This document shows positions 9,648 to 20,396 of a stretch of 64,000 nucleotides of DNA, piece by piece. This stretch comes from an uncultured Collinsella sp. GTDB lineage: Bacteria; Actinomycetota; Coriobacteriia; Coriobacteriales; Coriobacteriaceae. The DNA is taken from assembly GCA_900757185.1 (NCBI GenBank), contig CAAEMX010000060.1, positions 72,610-136,609 of the forward strand, given 5' to 3'. The number at the start of each line of letters is the position of its first letter. The stretch's first letter is position 1. A program made the position numbers and the translations under genes. The notes beneath the pieces are model-generated. The model did not search any database. It was not told the origin of the DNA and saw only the letters and a program-made list of their open reading frames with translations.

Positions 9648-9665
9648 TACAGTTAAAGGAGTATG

Positions 9666-11487
9666 TATGTCCGTTGAGGTCATGAGGTCTGTGATCGAGG
9701 CCGCCGAGGGTCGCGTGCCCGTCGACACGCTGTTTACCAATGCGCAGATTGTCGACGTGTACGGTCAGCGCGTGGCGCCCGGTAGCGTTGCCGTCAAGGG
9801 CGGCGTAATCGTCGGCGTGCTCTACGACGGTCGCGACGATGCCGCCGGTACCTATGAGGCTGCCGAGGTTATCGACTGCCAGGGTCTCTATCTCGCCCCC
9901 GGCTTTATCGACGGACATCTGCACATTGAGTCCTCGAACATCCGCCCCGCCGAGTATGCGCGCATGGCGGCGACGCGCGGTACTACCACCGCCATTGCCG
10001 ACAGCCACGAGATCGCCAACGTGGCGGGCCTGGACGGCCTGCACTTTATGATCGAGGACGGTCGCCGCGCGCCCATTTCCATCAAGTACATGATGCCCTC
10101 GTGCGTGCCCGCGCTGCCCGATGAGCAAGCGGGCGCTGTGATTACCGCAGCTGACATGCAGGCGTTTTTTGCCGAGCATCCGGGCGATGTTTTTGGCCTG
10201 GGCGAGATGATGAACCTGCCGGGTGTCTTTATGGCCGACCCCGAGACCTGTGCTCGCATCGATGCTGCCAACCAGACGCCGTCCAAGCAGGTCGACGGCC
10301 ATGCACCGCTCGTTGCCGGCAAGGACCTTAATGCCTATGCCGCGGCGGGCATTATCGCCGATCACGAGTCGACGATTCCCGAGGAGGCGCTCGATAAACT
10401 GTCTCGTGGCATGTACGTGATGCTGCGCGAGGGCACGTGCAGCCATGACCTGGCCAATCTGTCGCCGATGCTGCTGGAGAACCCCGCGCGCGCCCGCCGC
10501 TGCTGCTTTGCGACTGACGACCGCGCCCCTTCCGATGCGCTTGCGACTGGCATGATCGACAATGCCTGCCGTGTGGCTATCGAGGCCGGCATTGACCCCG
10601 TGGTTGCCATCTCTATGGCGTCCCTCTCCACGGCCGAGGCGTTTGGCCTGGACCACGGTTGCCGCGACCCGCATGAGCTCCGTGGCGCGATCGCCCCGGG
10701 CAAACGCGCCGACCTGCTGGTACTCAACGACCTGACGTTTGCCACGGCACCGCATCGCGTGTATGCCGCCGGTGCTCTGGTGGCGCAGGACGGCACCTTT
10801 GTGGGCGAGATTTCACCCGAGATGGCCGAGGTTGCAGCCCTTGCCGATGAACTGCGCGCCTCCGTTAAGCTGCCGATGCTTTCGCTCGACGTATTCGACT
10901 ATGCCTTTAAGCCGGGCGAAGCCGTGATTGACGTGGTGCCGGGTAAGGCCATCACGGGTATGGCTCGCCCCGAGAGCGCCGAGGGCCTGCGCCGTATTAT
11001 GCTGATCGAGCGCCATGGCCGCGGCGTGTCGCTGCAGGCCGAGGGCGCCGACGGCGATGGCCCCGCTGGCCTGGGTCTTGTCGGCAAGCACATCGGTCGC
11101 GGCTGGGTGCGTGGCTTTACCATCACCGGTGGCGCCATTGCCTCCACGATCGGCCACGACTCGCACAACGTGTGCGTGGTGGGCGACAACGCCGCCGATA
11201 TGATGGCTGCTGTTGAGGCTGTGGGCCAGGGTGGTCACGTGCTGGTGCGCAACGGCGAGGTCGTGGCGCGCATTCCGCTGGCGCTCGGTGGCCTGATGAG
11301 CGAGGGCACGGCCGAGGACGTTGCCGCGCAGCACGACGACTTTATGGTCAAGGCGCGCGCCATGGGTATTGAGCCGCCGCTCGACCCCATCATGGGCATC
11401 ATCTTCCTGCCCCTGCCGGTGATCCCGACGCTCCGCATCCGCCCCGAGGGCATGTTCGACGTCATGACCTTCACCTACGCCGACTAG
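9666..11487 (+). CDS. ade: Adenine deaminase
   Basis: Amidohydrolase fold with the metal ligands GFIDGHLHIESS and the adenine-deaminase C-domain. The start at 9666 (MSVEVMRS) has an AAAGGAG RBS. Confidence 0.88.
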
Positions 11488-11542
11488 TCATCGGGGACGT
11501 TCTTAACCGACTAGTCGCCTGCGACACTCTTTGACGTGTCGC
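11482..11542. repeat. GGGGACGTTC-loop hairpin (stem gactagtc) followed by GCGACACTCTTTG hairpin, overlapping ade stop
   Basis: gactagtc-atcGGGGACGTTCTTAACC-gactagtc, then gcgacac-tctttgac-gtgtcgc. Confidence 0.7.
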
Positions 11543-11693
11543 CTGGCGCTGCGATTGTGGGACCTCTGGCATGTGTGAGCTATTTGCCAGGTCCTTGTAA
11601 CGTTTACGCCCGCGGAGTCTTATTTGAGCTCCCTTTGGGTACGTTGGAATCGGATATACGTCCGATTCCATCAAGCCCGAAGGGAGCTTTTCT

Positions 11694-12488
11694 ATGTTTA
11701 AACTGATTGCATCCGATATGGACGGCACGCTGCTTGACGAAAACGGCCAGGTGCCTCCCGAGACCTACGAACTGATTCTGGCGCTACACGAGCGTGGCGT
11801 GCATTTTGCCGCATCGTCAGGTCGTCGCTACGATCGCCTGTGCGAGTTCTTTGCACCCGTTCGCGACAAGATGGACTTTGTCGCCGCTAACGGTGCCCAG
11901 GTCTACGCCGACGGCAAAATGGTAGACCGTGAGGTGTATTCGCACCTGGCGATTCGAAGGCTCGCCCAGGCTGTCGCGACGTTTCCCAATCTGCATCTTG
12001 CGCTTTTTGACCGAACCAAGTCCTTCCTGCTCGATGACGAGTGCAAGTTCGTGCGTGAGGTCGATAAGGACCTTCCCAATGCCGAGCGCATTTGGGAGCT
12101 GCCCGATCCCAGTGTAAATATCATCAAGGCGAGTATCTTTTGCGATGACGGTGCCGTTATGGACAGTGCGTACGTGCTACAGCGCGAACTCGGTCAGCTC
12201 TTTACCTTTGCGCCTTCGGGCAACGCGTGGATCGATGCCATGCAGCCTGGTGTGTCGAAGGCCTCGGGTATCGCACAGCTCATGGAGCACTATGGCGTCG
12301 AACGTGACGAGGTCATGGCGTTTGGCGACTCGATGAACGACTACGAGATTATTCGCTTTGTCGGCACGGGCTGCGCGATGGAAAACGCGCGCCCCGCGCT
12401 CAAGGCGGTGGCCGACCGCGTGGTGGGTTGTAACCGCGACCACGCCGTCCAGCAAGAACTCCGTCGCGTGCTGGAGAGTCTCGCCTAA
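11694..12488 (+). CDS. Cof-type HAD-IIB family hydrolase (sugar-phosphatase-like)
   Basis: DMDGTLL motif I, S/T motif II and a C-terminal GDxxND. Confidence 0.8.
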   Translation: MFKLIASDMDGTLLDENGQVPPETYELILALHERGVHFAASSGRRYDRLCEFFAPVRDKMDFVAANGAQVYADGKMVDREVYSHLAIRRLAQAVATFPNLHLALFDRTKSFLLDDECKFVREVDKDLPNAERIWELPDPSVNIIKASIFCDDGAVMDSAYVLQRELGQLFTFAPSGNAWIDAMQPGVSKASGIAQLMEHYGVERDEVMAFGDSMNDYEIIRFVGTGCAMENARPALKAVADRVVGCNRDHAVQQELRRVLESLA

Positions 12489-12489
12489 T

Positions 12490-12520
12490 CCGGCAGATGG
12501 GGACGTTCCTTTTCTGCCGG
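12490..12520. repeat. GGGGACGTTCC-loop hairpin between convergent HAD genes
   Basis: ccggcaga-tGGGGACGTTCCTTTT-ctgccgg. Confidence 0.7.
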
Positions 12521-12530
12521 GTTGCTGCTG

Positions 12531-13373
12531 CTAGGCGAGGGCAGCCATGATGGTGCGGGCGACGCCGTCGTGGTCGTTGTCGTATTCGGTGATGGCGTCG
12601 GCGGCCTCGCGGTCCTCGGGCTCGCCGTTGATCATGGCCATGCCGTGGCCCGCTGCCTGCAGCATGGGGATGTCGTTGATGTTGTCGCCGAACGCCCAGG
12701 CGTCGGCGAGAGACTCGCCCAGATGCTCGCATAGCCACGTGAGGGCCGTTCCCTTGGTGGCGCCCTCGCCCATGACCTCGATATTCATGGCGTACGAACG
12801 CGTGACCTCAATGCCTCCGAGCGTTTCGAGCTCCGCCGCGATGGTGTCGCGATCGGCTGGGTCGTGCCAGTACATGGCGATGCGTTCGAGCGTCTCGACC
12901 TCGTCGATCTTGCTGTCGATATCCATGTCGATCGGTGTTCGTGTGCGCTTGAGCGAAGCCGCGATGTGGGGGTCGCCGCCGCAGAATTCGTCCAGGCGCG
13001 TGTAGAGCGAGCGGGGGAGGAAGCACTGCCCGTCCGCGAAGATATCGAAGGTGACATCGTGGCCGGCGGCGATGCGATGGATGCGGTGGGCGATGGCGCG
13101 GTCGAGCGGTCGGCTCAAAATGCGCGTAGCACGTGAGGTATCGGTGGGCGTACCGTCCTCGAGCTGCCAGACGCTGGCACCGTTGGCGTAGACCACGTAG
13201 TGTACGGCGGGATGGGCGAGGATGGGCTCAAAGATGCCCGACAGCGGACGCCCCGTGCAGGGAACAAATTCAATCCCGTGTCGAGCGAGCTCGTCGAGCA
13301 TCGCCCAGGTGGCGTCGCTCATCTGCTTATCGCTCGTCAACAGCGTTCCGTCCATATCGGAAAATACAATCAT
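12531..13373 (-). CDS. Cof-type HAD-IIB family hydrolase (paralog)
   Basis: MIVFSDMDGTLL...GDNINDIPM. Confidence 0.8.
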   Translation of the reverse strand: MIVFSDMDGTLLTSDKQMSDATWAMLDELARHGIEFVPCTGRPLSGIFEPILAHPAVHYVVYANGASVWQLEDGTPTDTSRATRILSRPLDRAIAHRIHRIAAGHDVTFDIFADGQCFLPRSLYTRLDEFCGGDPHIAASLKRTRTPIDMDIDSKIDEVETLERIAMYWHDPADRDTIAAELETLGGIEVTRSYAMNIEVMGEGATKGTALTWLCEHLGESLADAWAFGDNINDIPMLQAAGHGMAMINGEPEDREAADAITEYDNDHDGVARTIMAALA

Positions 13374-13400
13374 TTGATGCAGCCCCTTCTGCTGGCATAA

Positions 13401-13438
13401 AAAGCGTGGCCGAGGGCGGTGATGCCCTGGCCACGCTC
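13401..13438 (-). terminator. Rho-independent terminator downstream of citrate synthase (minus strand)
   Basis: On the minus strand: gcgtggccagggcatcaccgccctcggccacgc followed by TTTTT. Confidence 0.5.
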
Positions 13439-13460
13439 GAGTTCTATAACGGTCCGCGTC

Positions 13461-14879
13461 CTAGCGGTCGGCGAGCGGCTTATACTCCAGCGGCTCGATC
13501 ACCGGACGATAGGCCGGGCGAATAATACGGTGCGCGCAGAAGAGCTCTTCCATGCGGTGCGCCGACCAGCCGGCCATGCGGGCAACGGCGAATAGCGGCG
13601 TAAAGAGCGTCTCGGGCACGCCGAGCATCTTGTAGATAAAGCCCGTGTACAGGTCGATGTTGGCGCAGATGGGCTTGGTCATGCCGTGGTCGCGCATCAC
13701 CTGCGGTGCCAGGCGCTCGATGCGCTCGATGAGTGCGAACTCATCGCCCAGGTCCTTCTTGGCGGCAAGCGTGCGCGCGTAACGGCGGCACACCTCGGCA
13801 CGTGGGTCGCTCAGCGTGTAGACGGCGTGGCCCATACCGTAGATGAGACCCGTGCCGTCGAAGGCCTGCTTATCGAGGATCTTGCCTAGGTAGGCCGCGA
13901 CCTCGTCCTCGTTTTCCCAGTTGGAAACATGCGCGCGGATGTCCTCGTGCATGGACACGACTTTGGCGTTGGCGCCGCCGTGGCGCGGACCCTTGAGCGA
14001 GCCGATAGCCGCGGCGTAGGCAGAATACGGGTCGGTGGCCGAAGAGGACAGCACGCGGCAAGCGAACGTGGAGTTGTTGCCGCCGCCGTGCTCGGCATGC
14101 AGCATGAGCATCACGTCGAGCAGCATGGCTTCGTCGCGGGTGAATGCCATGCCGCCGCGCAACACCTGCAGGATAGTCTCGGCGGTGGAGAGACCGGGTG
14201 TGGGGTGCGGTACATGCACCTCGGAGCCGCGGCGCTTGGCGACCGAGGCCATATGCGCGAAGGCGGCGATGCGGGGGAGACGGGCGAGCATGGAGATGGC
14301 GACGTCGATTTCGTGCTCGGGCGTAATGGCGTCGGGCTCGGCATCGAAGGCGTAGAGCAGCAGCACGGCGCGCTGAAGCACATTCATGATGCTCGACGAC
14401 ACCGTGGTCATGGGGAACTCTTTGACGTACTCGTCGCTCAGGTGCCTAAAAGCGCCCAGACGTCCGCAAAAACCGTCGAGTTCCTCTTTGTTGGGCAGCG
14501 AGCCCGTGATGAGCAGGTAGGCGACCTCTTCGTAACCGTAGCGATTCTCGGCCTGGGCGTTGTTGACCAGGTCCTCGATGCTGTAGCCGCGCAGCGTGAG
14601 TTTGCCCTGATCGGGCACGACCTTGCCGTCGACCTTGTTGTAGCCGTGCACGTCCGAGATGCGGGTGAGGCCCGCGACTACGCCCGAACCGTCTGCATTG
14701 CGCAGGCCGCGCTTGACATTGTGCTCGACAAACAGGTCCTCGTCATAAGGGTCGGTCGGCAGGCCGTGGTAGAGGTTTTCGCTTTCGGGCGAAATCTGAC
14801 GGCTCGCCTCGTAATCCAGAACCAGGCGGCTCAGGTGATCGTCGAAGCGGTAGTAGATTTTCTTGGCGTCGTAGGCCAT
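13461..14879 (-). CDS. Citrate synthase family protein
   Basis: Contains the GMGHAVYTLSDPRA signature (G-x-GH-x-V...DPR). It is about 470 aa and carries citrate-synthase helical domains. Confidence 0.8.
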   Translation of the reverse strand: MAYDAKKIYYRFDDHLSRLVLDYEASRQISPESENLYHGLPTDPYDEDLFVEHNVKRGLRNADGSGVVAGLTRISDVHGYNKVDGKVVPDQGKLTLRGYSIEDLVNNAQAENRYGYEEVAYLLITGSLPNKEELDGFCGRLGAFRHLSDEYVKEFPMTTVSSSIMNVLQRAVLLLYAFDAEPDAITPEHEIDVAISMLARLPRIAAFAHMASVAKRRGSEVHVPHPTPGLSTAETILQVLRGGMAFTRDEAMLLDVMLMLHAEHGGGNNSTFACRVLSSSATDPYSAYAAAIGSLKGPRHGGANAKVVSMHEDIRAHVSNWENEDEVAAYLGKILDKQAFDGTGLIYGMGHAVYTLSDPRAEVCRRYARTLAAKKDLGDEFALIERIERLAPQVMRDHGMTKPICANIDLYTGFIYKMLGVPETLFTPLFAVARMAGWSAHRMEELFCAHRIIRPAYRPVIEPLEYKPLADR

Positions 14880-14956
14880 GCGCGCTCCTCTCCGGTCCGC
14901 TTTGGGGCCGCGCGCTTGGACGATATGACGTCAAGCTGCCCCGAGCGGCTTGTTCG

Positions 14957-15244
14957 CTACAGGCGGTACATAAAGTTAAAGACGTCCTCGCGCTGGATGG
15001 ACACGTTGACGCCCGAAAGTTCGCCGGCCTCGGCCAACGCCTTCTGCAGCTCGGCGAAGTCGAGCTTGGACTCGGCGGTGTCGGCCAGCATGGTCATGGT
15101 GAAGATGTCCTCGATAATGGACTGCGTAATGTCGCGGATGTCGACGTTGGCCTCGCCCAGAACGCGGGTGACGCCGGCGACGATGCCGGGGCGGTTCTTG
15201 CCAAGGACGGTGATGACGATACGGGAGGACGAGATCTCGGCCAT
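14957..15244 (-). CDS. ACT domain-containing protein (UPF0237-like)
   Basis: RIVITVLGKNRPGIVAGVTRVLGEANVDI is a typical ACT fold. The protein is 95 aa. Confidence 0.7.
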   Translation of the reverse strand: MAEISSSRIVITVLGKNRPGIVAGVTRVLGEANVDIRDITQSIIEDIFTMTMLADTAESKLDFAELQKALAEAGELSGVNVSIQREDVFNFMYRL

Positions 15245-15424
15245 GGGAAACCCTTTCGCGTGGTTGCGGCGCGCGAGGGCGCTCCGCTACGGTACAGTGT
15301 TCATCATTGTACCTGTCTGGCGCAAAAAAGGCGCGCTCGCTGCGGCGTTACATGCCTGCAACATGAGCGTAAGGGGGAAGGCCGTACGGGGAAGAGCCGT
15401 CTGGCGCGTGTCCGGCTCGTGTTG

Positions 15425-15491
15425 GGTTGATTTCCGATCTCAGCCGAACACATTGAGCGGACAGGCCGTTCCCGCAGTCAGCCGAACGCCT
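15425..15491. repeat. Direct repeat copy 1 (67 bp, about 95% identical to 22636-22702); putative att-like boundary
   Basis: ggttgatttccgatctcagccgaacacattgagcggacaggccgttcccgcagtcagccgaacg... Confidence 0.75.
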
Positions 15492-15639
15492 CCGACGGCT
15501 GATTCCGAACTGGAAGCGGAGGGCATCCCCGCCCTTCGGTAGGGGATACCGCTCCGCGGCGCATGCCGCGGGCGGCGCCCCTATCGGACCACCGTGACCT
15601 CAGTTGGGATGGGCCCAGCACTGCCGCGTACTCGGTGAG

Positions 15640-16335
15640 CTAGAGCCAACTGTTCGTCTTCACGTCGCGTATGGCGATATTTCGGTCGTCCGGCTCGGTG
15701 ATGCCGTAGCCGAACGCCTGGAGCGTCTCGATGGACTCCTGGATCCTCTGTTGGAACATGGGACCCGGATCGACCCTCGGCCCGAGGTGCCCGCGCCAAA
15801 GGCACGGCGTGGCGCGCAGCATGTTATGGATTTTGGAGATGGGCTCGATGTCGGCGTAGACGTTGAGCGTCGCCATGGCGTCCTTGTGGCCGAGGATCGA
15901 TTGGAGCGCCTTGATATCGCCGCCTTGGCGGATCCACTGCGTTGCGAACGTGTGGCGAAGGCCGTGGAACGTGATCAGCTCGTCGTTGGTGCCCATGAGG
16001 CCGTTGGTCTCCGAGAACGTCTTGAACGCCCTGCGGATATAGCTTGTCGTCGCGAAGGTCGCGCCCGGCTCCGACAGGATGTAGCAGTCCCCGATCTCGA
16101 CCGCCCCGGTAAGGCCGCGCAAGCGCAGCTTTCCGCAGTCGATCTCGTGGGTCTCCTTCAGGAAGGGGAGTAGGCCGACCGGGTCGATGGGGATACCCCT
16201 GGCGTCATGGGTCTTGGTGTCCTTGATGAACGAACCCATTCCCTTCGCGTACGCCACCGAGTGTCTGATCGAGATCAGGCCCGTCTCGAAATCCACATCG
16301 CACCACCGAAGGCCGCAGACCTCGCCGATTCGCAT
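15640..16335 (-). pseudogene. Tyrosine recombinase/phage integrase, catalytic domain only (N-terminally truncated remnant)
   Basis: RIGEVCGLRW...HGLRHTFAT...LGHKDAMATLNVYAD carries the R..HxxR..Y catalytic residues, but the N-terminal SAM-like/core-binding domain is missing. The 70-aa tail after the catalytic Tyr is unusual. Confidence 0.7.
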
Positions 16336-16365
16336 CCCCGTGTGCAGGGCGAGTACGACCGCCCT

Positions 16366-16617
16366 CTAATCCTCGGCGGACCAATCGAGTCCGAACTCCT
16401 TTCGGGCATCCTCTTCGCTCATGACTTCGAGAAGGTCTCCGGGTTGGCAACGAAGGGCGAGGCATAGCTGCTCGAGTGTGTTGAAGCGAATGCCGCGAAT
16501 ATGCCCTTTTTTAATACGGGACAGGTTCACGGGCGTGGTTCCAATCCTTTCGGCAAGTTCGTTCGAGGAAATCTTTCGCTCGGCCATGATCTTGTCGAGG
16601 CGAACAATTACGGGCAT
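16366..16617 (-). CDS. XRE-family helix-turn-helix transcriptional regulator
   Basis: MAERKISSNELAERIGTTPVNLSRIKKG is an HTH_XRE motif. Confidence 0.8.
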   Translation of the reverse strand: MPVIVRLDKIMAERKISSNELAERIGTTPVNLSRIKKGHIRGIRFNTLEQLCLALRCQPGDLLEVMSEEDARKEFGLDWSAED

Positions 16618-16626
16618 GGCGTTTCC

Positions 16627-17139
16627 TTACGCAATCTCGTCGGAGTCGAGGTACAGCTCTCGGGCGTACAAGAAGAGCTGGGAAAGCATGAACAGGACGA
16701 TGCCGAGAACCAGAGAGGTCCAATCGAATGATGAAGCGATCTCTTGGGCGCCGACGGCCCCCTCGCCGCCAAACATCGAAACGGAGGTTTTGAGTGAGCC
16801 GGCGTAGAGGCTGGTGGCAGCTTGAACAACGAAGAGAATGCCGAGCACCTTCAAGCATGTCGCAGACCCTTTCTTGAAGGGGTCTCCGCTCTTGATCGTC
16901 CACACGAGAACGGCGCTGAGGATGGTCGTAGCGATACCGATGACGGCAGGGACCAATGTCGAGATCGCAAGGGCTGGATACGCGGGGGAGTCTGCAATTA
17001 CAGGGTTGTCGAGCACTTCGATTGCTGGCTTTAAGGAGAACGCCACTTGTGCGATGGCGGTGGCGCAAAGGGTCGCAGAGGCTATCGCACATGCGATGCG
17101 GAAGGAATGAAGCCGGGGAGTGCGATTGTCGGAACTCAT
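16627..17139 (-). CDS. DUF2975-like small membrane protein (typical partner of XRE regulators)
   Basis: Four predicted TM helices. The gene order DUF2975-XRE is a conserved pair. Confidence 0.55.
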   Translation of the reverse strand: MSSDNRTPRLHSFRIACAIASATLCATAIAQVAFSLKPAIEVLDNPVIADSPAYPALAISTLVPAVIGIATTILSAVLVWTIKSGDPFKKGSATCLKVLGILFVVQAATSLYAGSLKTSVSMFGGEGAVGAQEIASSFDWTSLVLGIVLFMLSQLFLYARELYLDSDEIA

Positions 17140-17256
17140 AATAACCTCCGAAGAATTTAAAAAACTCAGGTTACTTTTTAACAGTTTATGTTAAATTGAC
17201 TTTGCCGGCAAGTAATAAGGGCCGAGCATTTTGTTCGGCCCCTCTGTTCCGACTGG

Positions 17257-19497
17257 ATGAGGTTAAGGTTGGCGATGAATATGCTCAAAATCTCGAAGGC
17301 GATCTTTAGGTCGCTTCTCTCCTCCAGGTCGCTCTGTGTTGTCGTTGTTGCGTTGATGGTTCTTTGTGCTCTGCCCGTCTTCAGGAGCGCGGCTGGCATC
17401 GACGGACGGGTCGAATACCTCGAGTCGGGAATAACCCGTGTTGAGCAGGAATTGTCAGCATCCTATGCGGATGCGCTTGTGAATGCGGGGGAGGACGGTG
17501 TCTATACCTCTTCATCAAGCATGCCCGCGCTTCTGTACCCTCTTGCCGCGGGACGTCTTATCTTGGCACCGCTCTCTCCCCTACTTCCGTTTCTGCAGAT
17601 ATCGGATGGAGAGTACACCTATTATGACGGATCGAAGGAGTACTTGCTATGGGTCGCAACGGCCGTTGCCGTCTCGTTCCTTGCCGCGCGTCTTAACAAA
17701 CGTGAAAAGCTCATCATCCAGGCACCGATGGGCGAGCTGGGTAGACTTGTTGCATCGAGCGTATGGGCGAGTGTTTTTGCAATGCTTGCCGTCCTCGCCA
17801 TCAATCTTCCAGGGATAATCGCCGCGCTTGTGAAGAATGGCCCGGGCTCGCCGTTCTATCCGATAGGCTACATTCAATATGCGACTCCGGTTATCAAACC
17901 GGCTTGGCTGGTGTTCGCGCAGACGGCCATCTTGCAATTCTTGGTGGCAGCGTTCATCTCGCTTGTCGTTCACCTTGCCGTGAAGATTGCCAATAACCCT
18001 ACGCTTGGAATCGTGTTCGTATGTGCCCTGATGGGGGTGACGATGGTTCCCGGGTATTACGGAAGATCCATCGCTTTACGTGAGTTCGCCCTGTTGAATC
18101 CCCTTACGTATGCGAACACTGAGTTGACCGTCGGCGCCTATAGCCCGTACCCGACAACGCAGATAGTGAATCTGCCTGGACTTTGCTTCGAGCGTGGCGC
18201 GATTGCCCTCGTATGCGCAATCGGGATCGAGGTGCTGGCAATTAGCCTGCTTTGCGTTGCTGGAAAGAGCGGCTGCGCGTGCCCGATATCCCCGATTTGT
18301 CTTGAGAGAGGTTCCTTCACTGCATCGAGAACGGCAACTCGTTCGAGCGCTTGTGCCTCCGCCGTTGCATACGTAAGAACGATGGGGAAACTGCTCCTGC
18401 GTTCTCCTACCCTCGCCGTATGCGCGATTGCAATGTCGACGACGATGCTGGCCCCGGCTCTGGTCGAGATGTTTCCTGACGCTGATAACGTTTCCGCTGT
18501 TCGGTATAGGGATGGGGAGCTCCGTTCAATAGATCGGTATCTAGAGCAGAACGCTGCGAATATGGACGTCGAGGGCAAAGCGGCCCTGGAAGACATGCGG
18601 GATGCTCTTTCGGGTTTCGTGTACGCGCCTATGCCTGCGGAGGGGTTTCGAAGCCTTGCGACGTACGAGCGCGCTCGAGGTGAGCTGGGCGCGGCAGATG
18701 CGACTCTCCTGCAATCGATCGGAATCGAGCCGGAGACTCCTTCTCGTGCGGAGGCGCGCGCCCTTCTGCTTGAGTCGATCGCGAGCTTGCCGGACCCCAA
18801 GGTTTACGAGTTAAGTACGAAGATGCCCCCATTAATCCTCCTTTCGTATCTCCAGGCAGCGCTTCCCTCCTTATTTTTGCTGTTGCCCGTGGTTGTCACA
18901 TCGCTCGCGTGCACCCACCTGCAGTGTCGTTCCCTTCTGGTTCTCCAGATCCCCGCAACAGCGCATGTGCGTTTTCTGACGGCTGTTGCGCTGGCTCTCC
19001 TGCTTGGCTTGGTGCTGCTTTTGGTGTCGATGGTTCCCGCTGTCGTTGTGTCCGTGATTAAGAACGGTGCGGGTGGATCGGAGTATCCCGTCGCTCTCAT
19101 TCGGGCGGGAGCTTCGACAACGTCCATGGTGGGGGAGGCGGTGTTGTGCAGTATTCCGTTGCTGGTCATGGCATACGGCGTGATTTCCGTCGTCGCTGCG
19201 TTGACAGCAGCGATTAGCCGCAACCCCGTTGTCACCGGAATGGTTTGCGCGGTTCTCTTGGTGTTGGGTTCGTTGAGCGCTCATGTTGAAAGCGTGGGCA
19301 TGGGCGTCGCGCTGCTGGCTCCATTCGCCTCGTTTGATCCCGCTTCCCAGGTGGGGACGATTGGGTTCCTTGGGCGAGGGACGAACGCGATGCCTTTTGG
19401 AGAGGTCGTCGGCGCATCGGGCGCTCTGCTGGTGGTCTTGGGCGCCGTATCTCCGTTGATGGTGCGCCTGAGTGTTCCAAAGATCGAAAGGGGATGA
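17257..19497 (+). CDS. Large duplicated ABC-2-type permease (two tandem membrane domains with extracytoplasmic loop)
   Basis: Two sets of 5-6 TM helices separated by a soluble segment. The stop overlaps the start of the downstream ABC ATPase (ATGA). Confidence 0.55.
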   Translation: MRLRLAMNMLKISKAIFRSLLSSRSLCVVVVALMVLCALPVFRSAAGIDGRVEYLESGITRVEQELSASYADALVNAGEDGVYTSSSSMPALLYPLAAGRLILAPLSPLLPFLQISDGEYTYYDGSKEYLLWVATAVAVSFLAARLNKREKLIIQAPMGELGRLVASSVWASVFAMLAVLAINLPGIIAALVKNGPGSPFYPIGYIQYATPVIKPAWLVFAQTAILQFLVAAFISLVVHLAVKIANNPTLGIVFVCALMGVTMVPGYYGRSIALREFALLNPLTYANTELTVGAYSPYPTTQIVNLPGLCFERGAIALVCAIGIEVLAISLLCVAGKSGCACPISPICLERGSFTASRTATRSSACASAVAYVRTMGKLLLRSPTLAVCAIAMSTTMLAPALVEMFPDADNVSAVRYRDGELRSIDRYLEQNAANMDVEGKAALEDMRDALSGFVYAPMPAEGFRSLATYERARGELGAADATLLQSIGIEPETPSRAEARALLLESIASLPDPKVYELSTKMPPLILLSYLQAALPSLFLLLPVVVTSLACTHLQCRSLLVLQIPATAHVRFLTAVALALLLGLVLLLVSMVPAVVVSVIKNGAGGSEYPVALIRAGASTTSMVGEAVLCSIPLLVMAYGVISVVAALTAAISRNPVVTGMVCAVLLVLGSLSAHVESVGMGVALLAPFASFDPASQVGTIGFLGRGTNAMPFGEVVGASGALLVVLGAVSPLMVRLSVPKIERG

Positions 19498-20243
19498 TCT
19501 CGATGATTGACCTTCAAACGCTGACGATCTCTTATGGAAAGAAGGTGCTCGTAGATTCGGTGAACGCTGAGTTTGCCCCGGGTACGGTCTACGGTCTCGT
19601 CGCTCCGAACGGGCATGGAAAGACGACGTTGCTGCGTGCGATGGCAGGTTTGCCGGGTCCTCGCGTGGACGGGAGCATCGTTCTGGATGAGGTGCAGGGT
19701 ACGGGTGCGAGAGAGGTCCGTTCTATGATCTTCTATGCACCTGGTGAGGGGACGCTGCTGTATCCCGGATTGCGTGCGGAAGATCACCTCAAGATGGTTT
19801 GCGATATGTGGCCGCATGCTCGCGATATCGAAGAGATAGTGGAACAAACGCAGATAGGCGAGTTCGCGAAGATGAGGATCCGCACTCTGAGCCAGGGCAT
19901 GAAGCAGCAGCTTACCCTGGCGATTGCGTATGCGACGGGCGCGCGGTACCTTCTATTAGATGAGCCCATGAACACGCTCGACCCCAGCAGGGTGGACTTG
20001 CATTCCGAGATTCTCAGGAAGCTGGCCGATTCTGGTACGTGCATCATCATGTCATCCCACATCTTGGATTCGGTCGATAGGCTGTGCGATGAGATTCTGT
20101 TTTTGAAGGATGGGAGGCTCATTAGAAGCATTCCGCAAGATGATGCTGCGCCGAAGTCTCCTGGATCCCATTTCGCAAAGCCTGCCGGACGCGCCGAGGG
20201 TGCGCTAAGCACGTATCGGCGACTCTACGAAAAGGGCGGGTAG
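19494..20243 (+). CDS. ABC transporter ATP-binding protein
   Basis: Walker A GLVAPNGHGKTTLL, signature LSQGMKQQ and Walker B LLLDEP. Confidence 0.85.
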   Translation: MISMIDLQTLTISYGKKVLVDSVNAEFAPGTVYGLVAPNGHGKTTLLRAMAGLPGPRVDGSIVLDEVQGTGAREVRSMIFYAPGEGTLLYPGLRAEDHLKMVCDMWPHARDIEEIVEQTQIGEFAKMRIRTLSQGMKQQLTLAIAYATGARYLLLDEPMNTLDPSRVDLHSEILRKLADSGTCIIMSSHILDSVDRLCDEILFLKDGRLIRSIPQDDAAPKSPGSHFAKPAGRAEGALSTYRRLYEKGG

Positions 20244-20396
20244 AAATGCAAGTTAAAAATCTATGTAGTCAATATAATACCGTTGAACCCGCATATCGAT
20301 ACCGCTCAGCCATTCGCCTCGCCCCCGTCGCACGTATCTTCATCCGGTCTGTTACTTTTAATCTAACGATTCTTTGAGGAACGTAGGTGCTTCTGA

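Noticed and set aside
9540-9665. Purine (adenine/guanine) riboswitch in the ade leader
   Set aside because: The conserved purine-riboswitch junction and loop sequences (UAUA...GGGA...UUUCUACC...CCGUAAAU) are not present. Only a generic terminator-like hairpin is seen, so it is reported as a candidate attenuator instead.
15245-15640. tRNA/tmRNA/SRP/RNase P gene as the integration target containing the 67-bp direct repeat
   Set aside because: No cloverleaf, no T-loop GTTCRANYC, no CCA end and no RNase P/SRP conserved blocks could be found by eye on either strand. This is left as an unresolved intergenic att-like repeat.
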